Below are positions 36,124 through 44,912 of a stretch of 64,000 bases of DNA, piece by piece; positions within the stretch are counted from its first letter, which is position 1, and every line of letters begins with the position of its first letter. Location: assembly GCA_965247095.1 (NCBI GenBank), contig OZ251997.1, positions 3,808,001 to 3,872,000 of the forward strand, in the 5' to 3' direction. Source of the stretch: Candidatus Multivorans sp. (GTDB lineage Bacteria > Acidobacteriota > Thermoanaerobaculia > Multivoradales > Multivoraceae). Below the pieces are notes generated by a model, which was not told where the DNA came from, did no database searches, and was given only the letters and a program-made list of their open reading frames with translations. The position numbers and the translations under genes were made by a program.

Positions 36124-36249
36124 AGACTGCGCTTCGAGGAACCTGGACGCTCTCCGCCCGGCCGCGACGACGACTGGAGGCGGCGGAATTATACTCCTGG
36201 ACCGGTGCGGTCCCGATCAGACGCCTCGTTTCCGGCCGCTCTTCAAAGC

Positions 36250-37530
36250 ATGTGGTTCCTCTACCAGCTCGCGATGGCGGCAGGGCTGGGCGTGGCGGCG
36301 CCGGTGCTGTTGGCCCGGCGAGGCCGTCACTATCTGGAGACCTTGCCGGCCCGGCTCGGCCGGTTGCCGGAGGCCCGAGGGGTGCGGCCGCTGTGGCTCC
36401 ACGCCGCCTCCGTCGGCGAGACCGCGGTCGCGGCGACCCTGGCCCCGGCCCTGCCTGCGGACCTCGATCTGCTGGTGACCACCGTCACGCCCACCGGTCA
36501 GGCGGCGGCGAAGAAGCACTTCATGCCGCTGGCCACGGGTGGCCGCAGTGTCGTCGTCACCTACCTGCCGTTCGACCTGGGTCCGTTGGTGTCCCGGTTC
36601 CTGGACCGGTACTCGCCGCGGGCCCTGGTGCTGCTTGAGAGCGAACTCTGGCCGCTCGTGCTGCGGAGTTGCGGCCGGCGTGGGATCCCGGTGGCCGTAG
36701 TCAACGCCCGCGTCAGCGACCGCAGCTTCGTCCGCATGAGGCGCGCCGGGCGTCTGTGCCGGCGGACGCTGCTCGATCCGGTCAGCCGCTTCGGCGCCCA
36801 AAGTCCTCAGGACGAGGATCGGCTGCGGCGCCTGGGCGCTTCGGGGCAGGCGGTATCGCTGACCGGCAACCTGAAGTTCGACACTCCGGAACCTGCGCCG
36901 GCCGCCGGCCTGGAGGAAGCCTTGGGCCGGCTCGCCGCGGGCCGGCCGATTCTGGTCGCCGGCTCGACCATGTTCGGCGAGGAGGGAACCGTCCTGGATG
37001 CCTTCGAGCGGCTGGGGCGCGAAGCGATGCTGGTTCTCGCGCCCCGCCATCCGGAGCGTTTCGACGAGGTCTGGCGCGAGGTCGAGCAGCGATCCCTGCC
37101 GGCACTGCGCCGGCGCCGCATGCAGTCGGCAGCAATGGGTGAGCCCCCGGCGGCGCCGGTTCGAGTCGTGCTGCTCGACTCTCTGGGCGAACTCGCCTCC
37201 ATCTACCGGTTGGCGTCCGCGGCGTTCATCGGCGGTTCGCTGGTCCCGACCGGCGGACACAATCCGATCGAGGCCGCGCGCTTCGGCGTGCCGGTGATCG
37301 TCGGCCCATCGATGGAGAACTTCCGGCGCATGGCCGACGACTTCGAAGCCGCGGGCGCCCTGACGGTGGTGCGGGACGGCGAGGCCCTTGCCTCCTCCTG
37401 GCGCCGCCTGCTGGAGCGGCCCGGCGAAGCGGCGGAGCAGGGCCGGCGGGGGTTCGAGATCGTCGACCGGAACCGCGGCGCGGTCAAGCGGTCGGTCCAA
37501 CTGCTCAGCGAACTGGTGGACCTGGGGTGA
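36250..37530 (+). CDS. waaA: 3-deoxy-D-manno-octulosonic acid transferase
   Basis: WLHAASVGE, ESELWP, GNLKFD, APRHPERF, GGHNPIE. Confidence 0.95.
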   Translation: MWFLYQLAMAAGLGVAAPVLLARRGRHYLETLPARLGRLPEARGVRPLWLHAASVGETAVAATLAPALPADLDLLVTTVTPTGQAAAKKHFMPLATGGRSVVVTYLPFDLGPLVSRFLDRYSPRALVLLESELWPLVLRSCGRRGIPVAVVNARVSDRSFVRMRRAGRLCRRTLLDPVSRFGAQSPQDEDRLRRLGASGQAVSLTGNLKFDTPEPAPAAGLEEALGRLAAGRPILVAGSTMFGEEGTVLDAFERLGREAMLVLAPRHPERFDEVWREVEQRSLPALRRRRMQSAAMGEPPAAPVRVVLLDSLGELASIYRLASAAFIGGSLVPTGGHNPIEAARFGVPVIVGPSMENFRRMADDFEAAGALTVVRDGEALASSWRRLLERPGEAAEQGRRGFEIVDRNRGAVKRSVQLLSELVDLG

Positions 37531-38537
37531 AGGTGACCCGCAGTCCCTGGCAGCGCTTCTACGGCTGGGCGCACAGCCGGCGCCGGCGCTACTGGGCGAC
37601 CCGCTCCGAGAGCCTGAATCGGCCCACGGTGAGCGTCGGCAACCTGCACTGGGGCGGCAGCGGCAAGACGCCGACGGTGATCGCCGCGGCTTGCGGTTTG
37701 ACTGCTCAGGGCCCCTCCGGGCCCGGTCTCCGCGTGGCCGTGCTTTCGCGTGGCTACCGCCGGCGGGGCAGCGCGCCGCTCGTCGTCAGTCTCGGCGACG
37801 GCCCCCTGGTCACCGTCGAGGAGGCGGGCGATGAGCCGCTCATGATCGCCGACCAGGCGCCGGGCGTAGCCGTCGTCGTCGGCGCCGACCGCCGCGCGGC
37901 TGCCGCGCTGGCGCTAGGCCGCGACCCGGCCATCGACGTCTTCGTCCTCGACGACGGCTTCTCCCATGTCCGGGTGCGCCGCGACGTCGAGATCCTGACC
38001 TTCCCGGCTACGGACCCGTTCGCCGACGGCCTGCTGTTGCCGGGCGGTCGTCTGCGGGAGCCTCTGGCCATGGCGCGCCTGGCCGATGCCGCGGTGCTCA
38101 CCGGCCTCGAAGCGAGCGACGAACCGCTGGACGACTTCGAGCTGACCCTGCGCTGGCACGGCTTCGCCGGCAGGGTGTTCACCTCGACGCTCCGTGGCGA
38201 AGTCGTAGGCGGTCCGTTACCCAGCCGCCCCCTGCTGCTCACCGGCGTTGCCCGCCCGGAGCGCGTTGCCCGCACCGCGGCGGCCGCTGGCCTCGAATGC
38301 GTGGACCACCTCCGCTTCCCCGACCACCACAGCTACCCACAACGTTCGCTCAGCACCATTGCAGCAGCCTGCACCCGCCACCGCTGCGACGCTGTCCTCA
38401 CGACCTCCAAGGACGCGGTCAAGCTGCGTGGCCGGCTGCCCGAAGGCGCGCCGCCGTTGCTGGAACTCAAGGTCGAAGCCGAGATCGACGGTGTGTTCCT
38501 GCCCTGGCTCTTGGATCGGCTGCAAGGCTGCGGGTAG
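37527..38537 (+). CDS. lpxK: Tetraacyldisaccharide 4'-kinase
   Basis: SVGNLHWGGSGKTP, SRGY, GDEP, LDDGF, FPDHH, TTSKDAVK. Confidence 0.95.
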   Translation: MKVTRSPWQRFYGWAHSRRRRYWATRSESLNRPTVSVGNLHWGGSGKTPTVIAAACGLTAQGPSGPGLRVAVLSRGYRRRGSAPLVVSLGDGPLVTVEEAGDEPLMIADQAPGVAVVVGADRRAAAALALGRDPAIDVFVLDDGFSHVRVRRDVEILTFPATDPFADGLLLPGGRLREPLAMARLADAAVLTGLEASDEPLDDFELTLRWHGFAGRVFTSTLRGEVVGGPLPSRPLLLTGVARPERVARTAAAAGLECVDHLRFPDHHSYPQRSLSTIAAACTRHRCDAVLTTSKDAVKLRGRLPEGAPPLLELKVEAEIDGVFLPWLLDRLQGCG

Positions 38538-38548
38538 ACGCGGACCTT

Positions 38549-38797
38549 ATGAGGAACCTCGAAGTCGAGGCGAAGCGGCAACAATCTTCCGCCTCAGAAC
38601 TGGCGGGAGAGGCGATCGAGGTCATGCTGCGCAGTCGCGCCGAGAAGCGCGCGGCGATACGCGCGGCAATCAGGGAAGCCGAAGCGGGATCGTTCGTGTC
38701 CGAGAAAGCGATGAACGACTGGGTGTCGTCGTGGGGCACCGATTCGGAGACCCCGGCGCCCGAGCCTGATGTGTTGCCCCGTTCTCGTGATCGGTGA
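38549..38797 (+). CDS. RHH/CopG-type antitoxin, probably 5'-truncated
   Basis: SASELAGEAIE...AIREAEAGSFVSEKAMNDWVSSW; GTGA coupling to the toxin. Confidence 0.65.
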   Translation: MRNLEVEAKRQQSSASELAGEAIEVMLRSRAEKRAAIRAAIREAEAGSFVSEKAMNDWVSSWGTDSETPAPEPDVLPRSRDR

Positions 38798-38950
38798 AGC
38801 TCGTTTTCCTGCCGGCCACACGCGCTGACTTGGCGTGGTGGATGCGCAGCTACTACGCTCGGATCTTCCCGGATGGAGCAAGGCACGCTGCCGAGGCCTC
38901 CTTCCCCGCTTGTGAATTGCCTCGAGGCTATCCGGCCCTAGGCCCGGATA
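38794..38950 (+). pseudogene. RelE/ParE toxin N-terminal fragment
   Basis: MKLVFLPATRADL..MRSYYARIFPDGARHAA..YPALG, then similarity is lost. Confidence 0.6.
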
Positions 38951-38972
38951 CTTCACCGAGTCCGCGTGACGG

Positions 38973-39251
38973 GCGCTTGAGGCTCTGCGCGAGGACAGAC
39001 CGCTGTCGGAGATTGCGGCCCGTCACAAGACCACCGGCCGAAGGGAGAGAGCGCGGAGCATCCGGAGCGTTTCGGCCTTATCCGTACCTGCTCAAGGGCC
39101 TGAAGATCGAGCGCTCGCACTCGCCGCTTGGCGGCAGCACACCTAGCGAGGAATACCGCGAAGACCGCCCGGACGCGGCCGTCAGGCACCAGCCGGCAAC
39201 CCCGGACGATCGGCAGAATCCAAGTCTTACACAGCCCCGGCGACGGCTGTT
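38973..39251 (+). mobile_element. Internally deleted IS3-family relic; right end continues at 42274-42337
   Basis: Spliced fragments ALEALREDRPLSEIAARH (OrfA), PYPYLLKGLKIER (OrfB) and HSPLGGSTPSEEY (OrfB C-terminus); IRR-like CTGTCCAACGAACCTGGATCACCCA at 42313-42337. Confidence 0.65.
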
Positions 39252-39305
39252 TGAGCTTGACCCGTTTTGGTGGACACCTCATTCTTGGAAGAGGAGGTAT
39301 CCACG

Positions 39306-39614
39306 ATGTCGAGAAGAAGGAGCCGGTACCCAGCAGAGTACCGGCAGCAGATGGTGGATCTGGTCCGGTCCGGGCGGAGCCCGGACCAACTAGCCCGCGA
39401 GTTCGAGCCGTCAGCGCAGTCGATCCGGAACTGGGTCGCCCAGGCGGACCGGGACGAGGGTCGCCGCAGCGACGGGAGCACGACGGCGGAGCGTGAGGAG
39501 TTGCGCCGTCTGCGCCGGGAGAATCGCCGGCTGCGGGAAGAGCGGGAGATCCTGGCAAAAGCAACGGCCTGGTTCGCTCGGGAGACGGAACCGAAGGGGT
39601 CTTCCGGTTCATGA
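39306..39614 (+). CDS. IS3 OrfA
   Basis: HTH plus EELRRLRRENRRLREEREILAKATAWFA; GAGGAGG RBS. Confidence 0.9.
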   Translation: MSRRRSRYPAEYRQQMVDLVRSGRSPDQLAREFEPSAQSIRNWVAQADRDEGRRSDGSTTAEREELRRLRRENRRLREEREILAKATAWFARETEPKGSSGS

Positions 39615-40261
39615 GAGCGCACCAGGCCGAGTTCCGCGTCACGACGATGGCCCGCGTGCTCGGCGTCTCCACGAGGGGGTTCTACGCCTGGCTGAAGCGC
39701 CCGCGGTCGGCCAGGGAGAAGTCGGACACCGCTCTCGCCGAGCGGGTGCGGGCGATTCACGAACGGAGCCGAGGGACCTACGGGGCGCCGAGGATTCAGG
39801 CTGAACTGGCCGACTGTGGGTTCGCAGTGAGCCGCAAGCGCGTTGCCAGACTGATGCGAGAGTCCGGCCTGGCGGGCATCAGCCGCCGCAAACGGCCGAC
39901 GACGACCCGTCGCGCCGCTTCGGTTCGCCCGGCGCCGGACCTCGTTGATCGGCAGTTCGTGGCTGAGGCCCCGGATCGACTGTGGGTCGCGGACATCACT
40001 TACGTTCCGACGCTTGCCGGGTTCGTGTACCTGTCGATCGTCCTGGACGTATTCAGTCGGCGAATCGTCGGCTGGGCCATGAATTCTTCTCTGGCAACCG
40101 ACCTCGTGCTCAGCGCTCTGGAGATGGCGATTGCCCAGCGGCGACCCGAGTGCGTGATCCACCACTCCGATCAAGGCAGCCAGCTTGGGTTCAAGGGATC
40201 GTCGCAACGCTTGGACGTCCAGGTCCGGTTCCGGTCCTCCTACGGGCGGAGTCTATTGGTT

Positions 40262-40450
40262 AGCCGTCGCCGGGGCTGTGGGAGGTGTGGGAAACGCGGA
40301 GGTCCTCCGGAGCGTTTTCCAAGCGGCTGCGGAAATCGCCTCAGCGATTTCCGAGGGGCCTGTGGGAGAGCTGTGTGAAGCGGGCGGGGGCCCGGGGGCT
40401 TTGCACAGCTCTTCCACCAGACCCGGCAGACGCGACACCTTCCACAGCCC
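40262..40450 (+). ncRNA. Candidate structured non-coding RNA (or ssDNA) module, multi-branch fold
   Basis: 16-bp closing stem plus three internal hairpins; all five non-Watson-Crick stem pairs seen are G-U on the + strand. Confidence 0.55.
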
Positions 40451-40533
40451 TCCGGGACCGGCCGGGCGCATGGATCGAAGGCGTGCTCCCTGGCGGTCAG
40501 ATTCGATTGGAATCCCCGGTCGTTCTCAGCCGC

Positions 40534-41904
40534 CTACGTGTGTACGAGCTCCTCAAAGACTTCGGCAGGCGTTCTCCAGCCGAGTGTCTTGCGGGGTCGG
40601 CTGTTGAGGGCGAGCGCGACCGCGGAGAGGTCGTCGCTGGAGTATCTGACCAGGTCAGTGCCCTTCGGGAAGTACTGGCGTAGCAGCCCATTGGTGTTCT
40701 CGTTGGTGCCCCTCTGCCAGGGGCTTTGCGGATCGCAGAAGTAGATCGCGATTCCGGTGTCGACGCGGAGTTGAGCGTGTTGAGCCATCTCGGCGCCCTG
40801 GTCCCAGGTCAAGGATCGCCGGAGGTGCTCGGGCAGCGTCGTGATCGACGCCGCGATCGCGTCACGGACGGCTTCTGCGCCGTGCCCGGCGAGCGCCGGC
40901 CCGTTCTTCACCCTCGATTCGTTGCCGTGGCCTTCCATACGGGGCAGGTGCAGCAGCATTGTGAAGCGCGTAGTCCGTTCGACGAGGGTGCCGATCGCTG
41001 AGCTCTCGAGCCCGACGATCAGGTCACCTTCCCAGTGGCCCGGTACGGCCCGGTCGCCGGCTTCGGCGGGGCGTTCGCTGATCATGATTCCCGGGGTCAC
41101 AAACTTCTTGCCTGACCTCCGAGTACGCGCACGCGGCACACGTAGCGCTCGCCCGGTTCGCAGGCACGCGACGAGCTCGCGCTTGAGGGCTCCTCGACCT
41201 TGGATGTAGAGCGCTTGGTAGATCGCCTCGTGAGAGATCCGCATCGACTCATCATGAGGAAAATCGATGCGAAGCCGATTCGAGATCTGCTCCGGGCTCC
41301 ACGACTTCGCCCAACGCCGATCCTGGCGGCGACCGTGCCGACGGCCAATCCAACGCACAGCCGGACCGGGTACCGGCTCCCCGTCAGGCCTTGCGATCAA
41401 GCCGGCGAGGCGGTCCTGCACGTACTCACGCAAGGCGTCGTTCGCGGCAAGCTTGGAGACCTTCGGCCGGCTGGCGCGCCGCTCCGCGTGCCACTGGGCA
41501 GTCGTCGCTCGATAGGCGACGCCACCACTTCGAGTCGACGCGTTGCGGCGCAGCTCCCGCGAAATCGTCGACGGTGAACGGCCCATGCGTCGGGCGATTT
41601 CACGTACCCCAATGTGCTGAGCGTGAAGGATGGCGATCTCTTCCCGCTCGGCCAACGACAGATAACGCCCCGACACTGGAGCCAACGAAATAGGCGGCAT
41701 TCCGCCAGCTTCCCTGAACCATCTCGATCCGACTGCCTGCGACACTCCAGCTTCCCGTGCAGCATCCTCGGTGGACGCCCCACGAACGATCGCCTCCCAG
41801 AAGCGGACCCGATCCTCGCGATGCGCTGTCGAGGGACGGCCCGGCGACCACATCTGCCCACGCATCTCACGAATCGCACGCCTACGCTTACCAACTCCCA
41901 TCAC
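40534..41904 (-). CDS. IS30 transposase
   Basis: RSPSTISRELRRN, WSPEQIS, GHWEGDL, WDQGAEM, SPWQRGTNENTNGLLRQYFPKG. Confidence 0.96.
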   Translation of the reverse strand: MMGVGKRRRAIREMRGQMWSPGRPSTAHREDRVRFWEAIVRGASTEDAAREAGVSQAVGSRWFREAGGMPPISLAPVSGRYLSLAEREEIAILHAQHIGVREIARRMGRSPSTISRELRRNASTRSGGVAYRATTAQWHAERRASRPKVSKLAANDALREYVQDRLAGLIARPDGEPVPGPAVRWIGRRHGRRQDRRWAKSWSPEQISNRLRIDFPHDESMRISHEAIYQALYIQGRGALKRELVACLRTGRALRVPRARTRRSGKKFVTPGIMISERPAEAGDRAVPGHWEGDLIVGLESSAIGTLVERTTRFTMLLHLPRMEGHGNESRVKNGPALAGHGAEAVRDAIAASITTLPEHLRRSLTWDQGAEMAQHAQLRVDTGIAIYFCDPQSPWQRGTNENTNGLLRQYFPKGTDLVRYSSDDLSAVALALNSRPRKTLGWRTPAEVFEELVHT

Positions 41905-42371
41905 GAAACACCTCCATCACGAGATGTTGCGACGACCAGTTGAATCCACCCAGTACACTTCACTGACGTTCGGGAACCGCTGCCGCGATGCCGGCATCGC
42001 ACTCTCGATGGGTTCCGTCGGAGATTGCTACGACAACGCCATGGCCGAGAGCTTCTTCGCCAGCCTCGAGTGCGAGCTGCTCGACCAGACAACGTTCCGA
42101 AATCACGCCGAAGCGAAGGCGGAACTCTTTCGCTACATCGAGGGCTGGTACAATACCCATCGTCGCCATTCCGCGATCGGACAACGCTCACCCGTCAACT
42201 TCGAAGAGGCGTACCGAGAGGCCGCCTGATTCCCTAAACACAAACTGTCCACGAAACCGGGGCAACTCCAGTTTGACCAACCAGGGGAGTACACGTTGGC
42301 CCAGCGGCCATACTGTCCAACGAACCTGGATCACCCACTCTATGTAGTGAGCCACTAACTGAGCCACTACA

Positions 42372-43929
42372 TCACCAGCGTAGTCCCATACAGAGATGAG
42401 CCTGAAGGGGGGTCCTCCGGGAGTTGCGCCGAGAGAGTGGGGCGGGGCGGGTTTCAGGGCTGCTGATCGAAGCGAAGCAGAGATCAGCACCAGGGACCAG
42501 CGGTAGCGCGGGAACCGCGAGCCGCAGTCGAGATGCACTGAAGGGCGAGACGGGGAGGTTGGGCTGTCCGCTCATGCGACAGTTGCCTCGCGGCGTCGGA
42601 TTTCGGCGAAGAGTGCGATGAGGGCCTCCTTGACGGCGCTCGCGGCGGCGAGGTCGTCGAGTGCCAGAGCCTGCTGGTCGAGCTGCTCGAAGGTGACGCC
42701 GGGTCGCAGGCAGAGGGCGGCGCCGTCGAGCGACTTGAGCTTGAGGTAGGGCGTGGTGACCTTGTCGAAGGGATAGGTCTTGCGGATGCGTCCCTTCGCG
42801 TCGGTGGTCTCGACGGGGAAGTGGCAGGGCCGGTGGTAGTTGAGGAACGGAGCGAGCACGTCGCGCAGGAAGTCCTTGACGAGGGCGGCATGCCGCCGGG
42901 GAATGTGGTCGTAGCCGAGGTAGCGCCGCACCACCGAGGCGTTCTTGCTCTCGACCAGGGCGTTGTCGTTGCTGCGCCTCGGGCGGGACTTGGTGAACTC
43001 CTCGATGTGCAGCTTGCGCAGCAGCGCGGCCACCCGGTGGTTGATGTACTCGGAGCCGTTGTCGGCGTGGAAGCCCCGGATGATGAACGGGAAAGCCTCG
43101 ATCGATCCTTCCAGGGCCGGAACCAGGAAACGCTCCGAAATGCCTTCTACAGCGGCCACGAACTCGTACTGCGTGACCTCGTCCACGAGATTGATCTCGT
43201 ACAGACCCTTCTCCCCGTCCAGGTCGCCCTGATGGACCGAATCCACTCGCAGAAAGCCCGGCCGACCCGCGGGATGAGGCTTGCGACGCTCTCCGATCTG
43301 TACCTTCGTCGACCGCGTCCTGACCACCACAAGGCGCCGCCGCCGGTACGTGGTCGACTCGCGAAGCCGGTACAGATGGCTGTTCGAGAGACCCGCCAGA
43401 CGCTCGAACCGCACATCCCCGAACACCGCGTACTGGCGCTGCATCATGCGCCGGGTCACCGCGCCGCACAGACCGCCCAGGGTCTCGTCCACCTCGGCCA
43501 GCAGGCCGATGTCCGCCTTCGTGTAGCGCCGGGGAAACGGACGCTTCGGACCCCGGCGCCGGTCCTCGATGCGCCCCGTCTCCCGGTACTGGAAGATCAA
43601 CCGCGCGATCTGCGCCCGACTGAACCCCGTCACCTTGATCAGAAAGCGCCGCACCAGCCCCTTGTCCGGCCTCGACAGCCGAACGTAGCGCGAACGCACC
43701 AGAACCCGCCGCACGAAACCGTACGCATCGGCACGCTTCACGAAGCGGAAGTCGACCGGCGCGCTGCCGGCCATGAAGTCGCGGACCTCGTCCAGGGTCC
43801 GCAGCCGTTCGATATCGAGTCGCAAGATCATCCTCCAATGATCCCCAACCCACTCTCAGGCTCATCTCTCGTGGGATTGACATGACTCCTTCAGGCTCAT
43901 CTGTCATGGGACAAGGCTTCACCTTGACA
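42372..43929 (-). mobile_element. ISNCY/IS481-like element with repeated end motifs; one boundary uncertain
   Basis: Left end TGTCAAGG at 43929; TCAGGCTCATCT twice in 43856-43902 and once inverted near 42394-42405. Confidence 0.7.
42572..43831 (-). CDS. DDE integrase-domain transposase
   Basis: RVDSVHQGD, FHADNGSEYIN, NDNALVESKN, FLNYHRPC. Confidence 0.9.
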   Translation of the reverse strand: MILRLDIERLRTLDEVRDFMAGSAPVDFRFVKRADAYGFVRRVLVRSRYVRLSRPDKGLVRRFLIKVTGFSRAQIARLIFQYRETGRIEDRRRGPKRPFPRRYTKADIGLLAEVDETLGGLCGAVTRRMMQRQYAVFGDVRFERLAGLSNSHLYRLRESTTYRRRRLVVVRTRSTKVQIGERRKPHPAGRPGFLRVDSVHQGDLDGEKGLYEINLVDEVTQYEFVAAVEGISERFLVPALEGSIEAFPFIIRGFHADNGSEYINHRVAALLRKLHIEEFTKSRPRRSNDNALVESKNASVVRRYLGYDHIPRRHAALVKDFLRDVLAPFLNYHRPCHFPVETTDAKGRIRKTYPFDKVTTPYLKLKSLDGAALCLRPGVTFEQLDQQALALDDLAAASAVKEALIALFAEIRRREATVA

Positions 43930-43951
43930 CCGTTTTCTGGCATGCTATACT
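43924..43951 (+). promoter_or_regulatory. Hybrid sigma70 promoter
   Basis: TTGACA (last 6 nt of the IS)-N16-TATACT with extended -10 TG. Confidence 0.65.
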
Positions 43952-43963
43952 AACCCGCATACC

Positions 43964-43997
43964 CAACCGGAGGCCCTCCACAACCGGAGGCCCTCCA
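43964..43997 (+). repeat. 17-bp tandem duplication containing the RBS
   Basis: CAACCGGAGGCCCTCCA x2 just before ATG 43999. Confidence 0.9.
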
Positions 43998-43998
43998 C

Positions 43999-44595
43999 AT
44001 GAAGAAAGACAGTTGGTACCGTGTCCCGCTCCTAAGTGGGCTGTTCTTTGCCCTGCTCATCGTTGGAATGCCGGGAGTGCCTACCGCAACACCGGCTGTG
44101 GCCGAAGAAGTCAAGTGCCCGGCACCCTGCAACTACATTACGGTGATAGGAGCCTTTGTTCCCGTTCACAAGATTCTGATAACATATTCACAGCTCTTGT
44201 CGGCCCTGCCCGGCAGTACTAGATCGATTCTGAGTGACCCGCTTGGCAATCTGATGGGTGGCTTCACCGGGCCAAATATGATTAACCCGGATTTGTCACA
44301 TCTGCAAATGATATCGCCAAAGGTCATCTGGAAGGCTAGCGGCGGCACGCCGGCGAGTTTTTGTCGTCGTCTGGAGGCGTACGACAAGAGCGGCAAGAAG
44401 AACCTGGCGCTAGTTGGGCTGCTTGCGGCCACCGCGCTGTTTGGTCTGGCTCTAACACTCGACCAGGCGGACAAAATGAAGTTGACACCGCAAGATAAGA
44501 AGACTATAAAAATAGCATTAGGCCTAATTGGGTCAAGTGCAGCTGGCTACGCCACACTAAGAGCGGCCTGTAAGCAAATGGGTCACGGATGGTAG
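43999..44595 (+). CDS. Secreted hypothetical protein with two C-terminal hydrophobic helices
   Basis: RBS, Sec signal ending AVA-EE, lower GC than flanks, 4 Cys. Confidence 0.7.
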   Translation: MKKDSWYRVPLLSGLFFALLIVGMPGVPTATPAVAEEVKCPAPCNYITVIGAFVPVHKILITYSQLLSALPGSTRSILSDPLGNLMGGFTGPNMINPDLSHLQMISPKVIWKASGGTPASFCRRLEAYDKSGKKNLALVGLLAATALFGLALTLDQADKMKLTPQDKKTIKIALGLIGSSAAGYATLRAACKQMGHGW

Positions 44596-44786
44596 AGGAT
44601 GGTTTAGGCGCGCCACGGATGTCAGTATGGCCTGGCGTCTCGGCGGTGGCGTTTGTCTTCGCGGCAATGATCTTCCTAATAGAAGTATTTCCTTCCTTGT
44701 ACGTGGCCGTAGGTGGCGGCATGTTAATGGCTGTCGCCCCGTTCATTGTGTCGTTCATTCGGCGTCGACGGTCAAAGCGGGACTGA
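44589..44786 (+). CDS. Small membrane protein; frame stays open past TGA to 44909
   Basis: Two TM helices plus RRRR; overlaps the upstream stop. Confidence 0.55.
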   Translation: MVEDGLGAPRMSVWPGVSAVAFVFAAMIFLIEVFPSLYVAVGGGMLMAVAPFIVSFIRRRRSKRD

Positions 44787-44912
44787 GGAACAGGCTGTGA
44801 CGGAGTCGGAGTCGGTGACTTGGCCAACATATTGGTGTTGCTTTTCATCGACCTCCTCGCCGTGTGGAAGGCAACCGAGGCTTCTTTGGATTTGTTGTTC
44901 TTGAGCTAGCAA

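Larger units (their letters stand above)
40184..41950 (-). mobile_element. IS30-family element with a long (about 350 bp) 3' non-coding region
   Basis: Imperfect 25-bp IRs CTTGGGTTCAAGGGATCGTCGCAAC vs GGTGGATTCAACTGGTCGTCGCAAC; TSD CAG (40181-40183, 41951-41953). Confidence 0.92.
39611..42229 (+). pseudogene. IS3 OrfB split into 39611-40183 and 41954-42229
   Basis: WVADITY, HHSDQGSQ | YTSLTF, DNAMAESFF rejoin in frame once the insert is removed. Confidence 0.92.
39252..42270 (+). mobile_element. IS3-family element interrupted by IS30
   Basis: IRs TGAGCTTGACCCGTTTTGGTGGAC / GTCCACGAAACCGGGGCAACTCCA; 3-bp TSD GTT (39249-39251, 42271-42273). Confidence 0.92.

Noticed and set aside
38794-39393. 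199-aa ORF as a real protein
   Set aside because: Chimeric read-through of the toxin fragment, the IS3 relic and the IS3 left end
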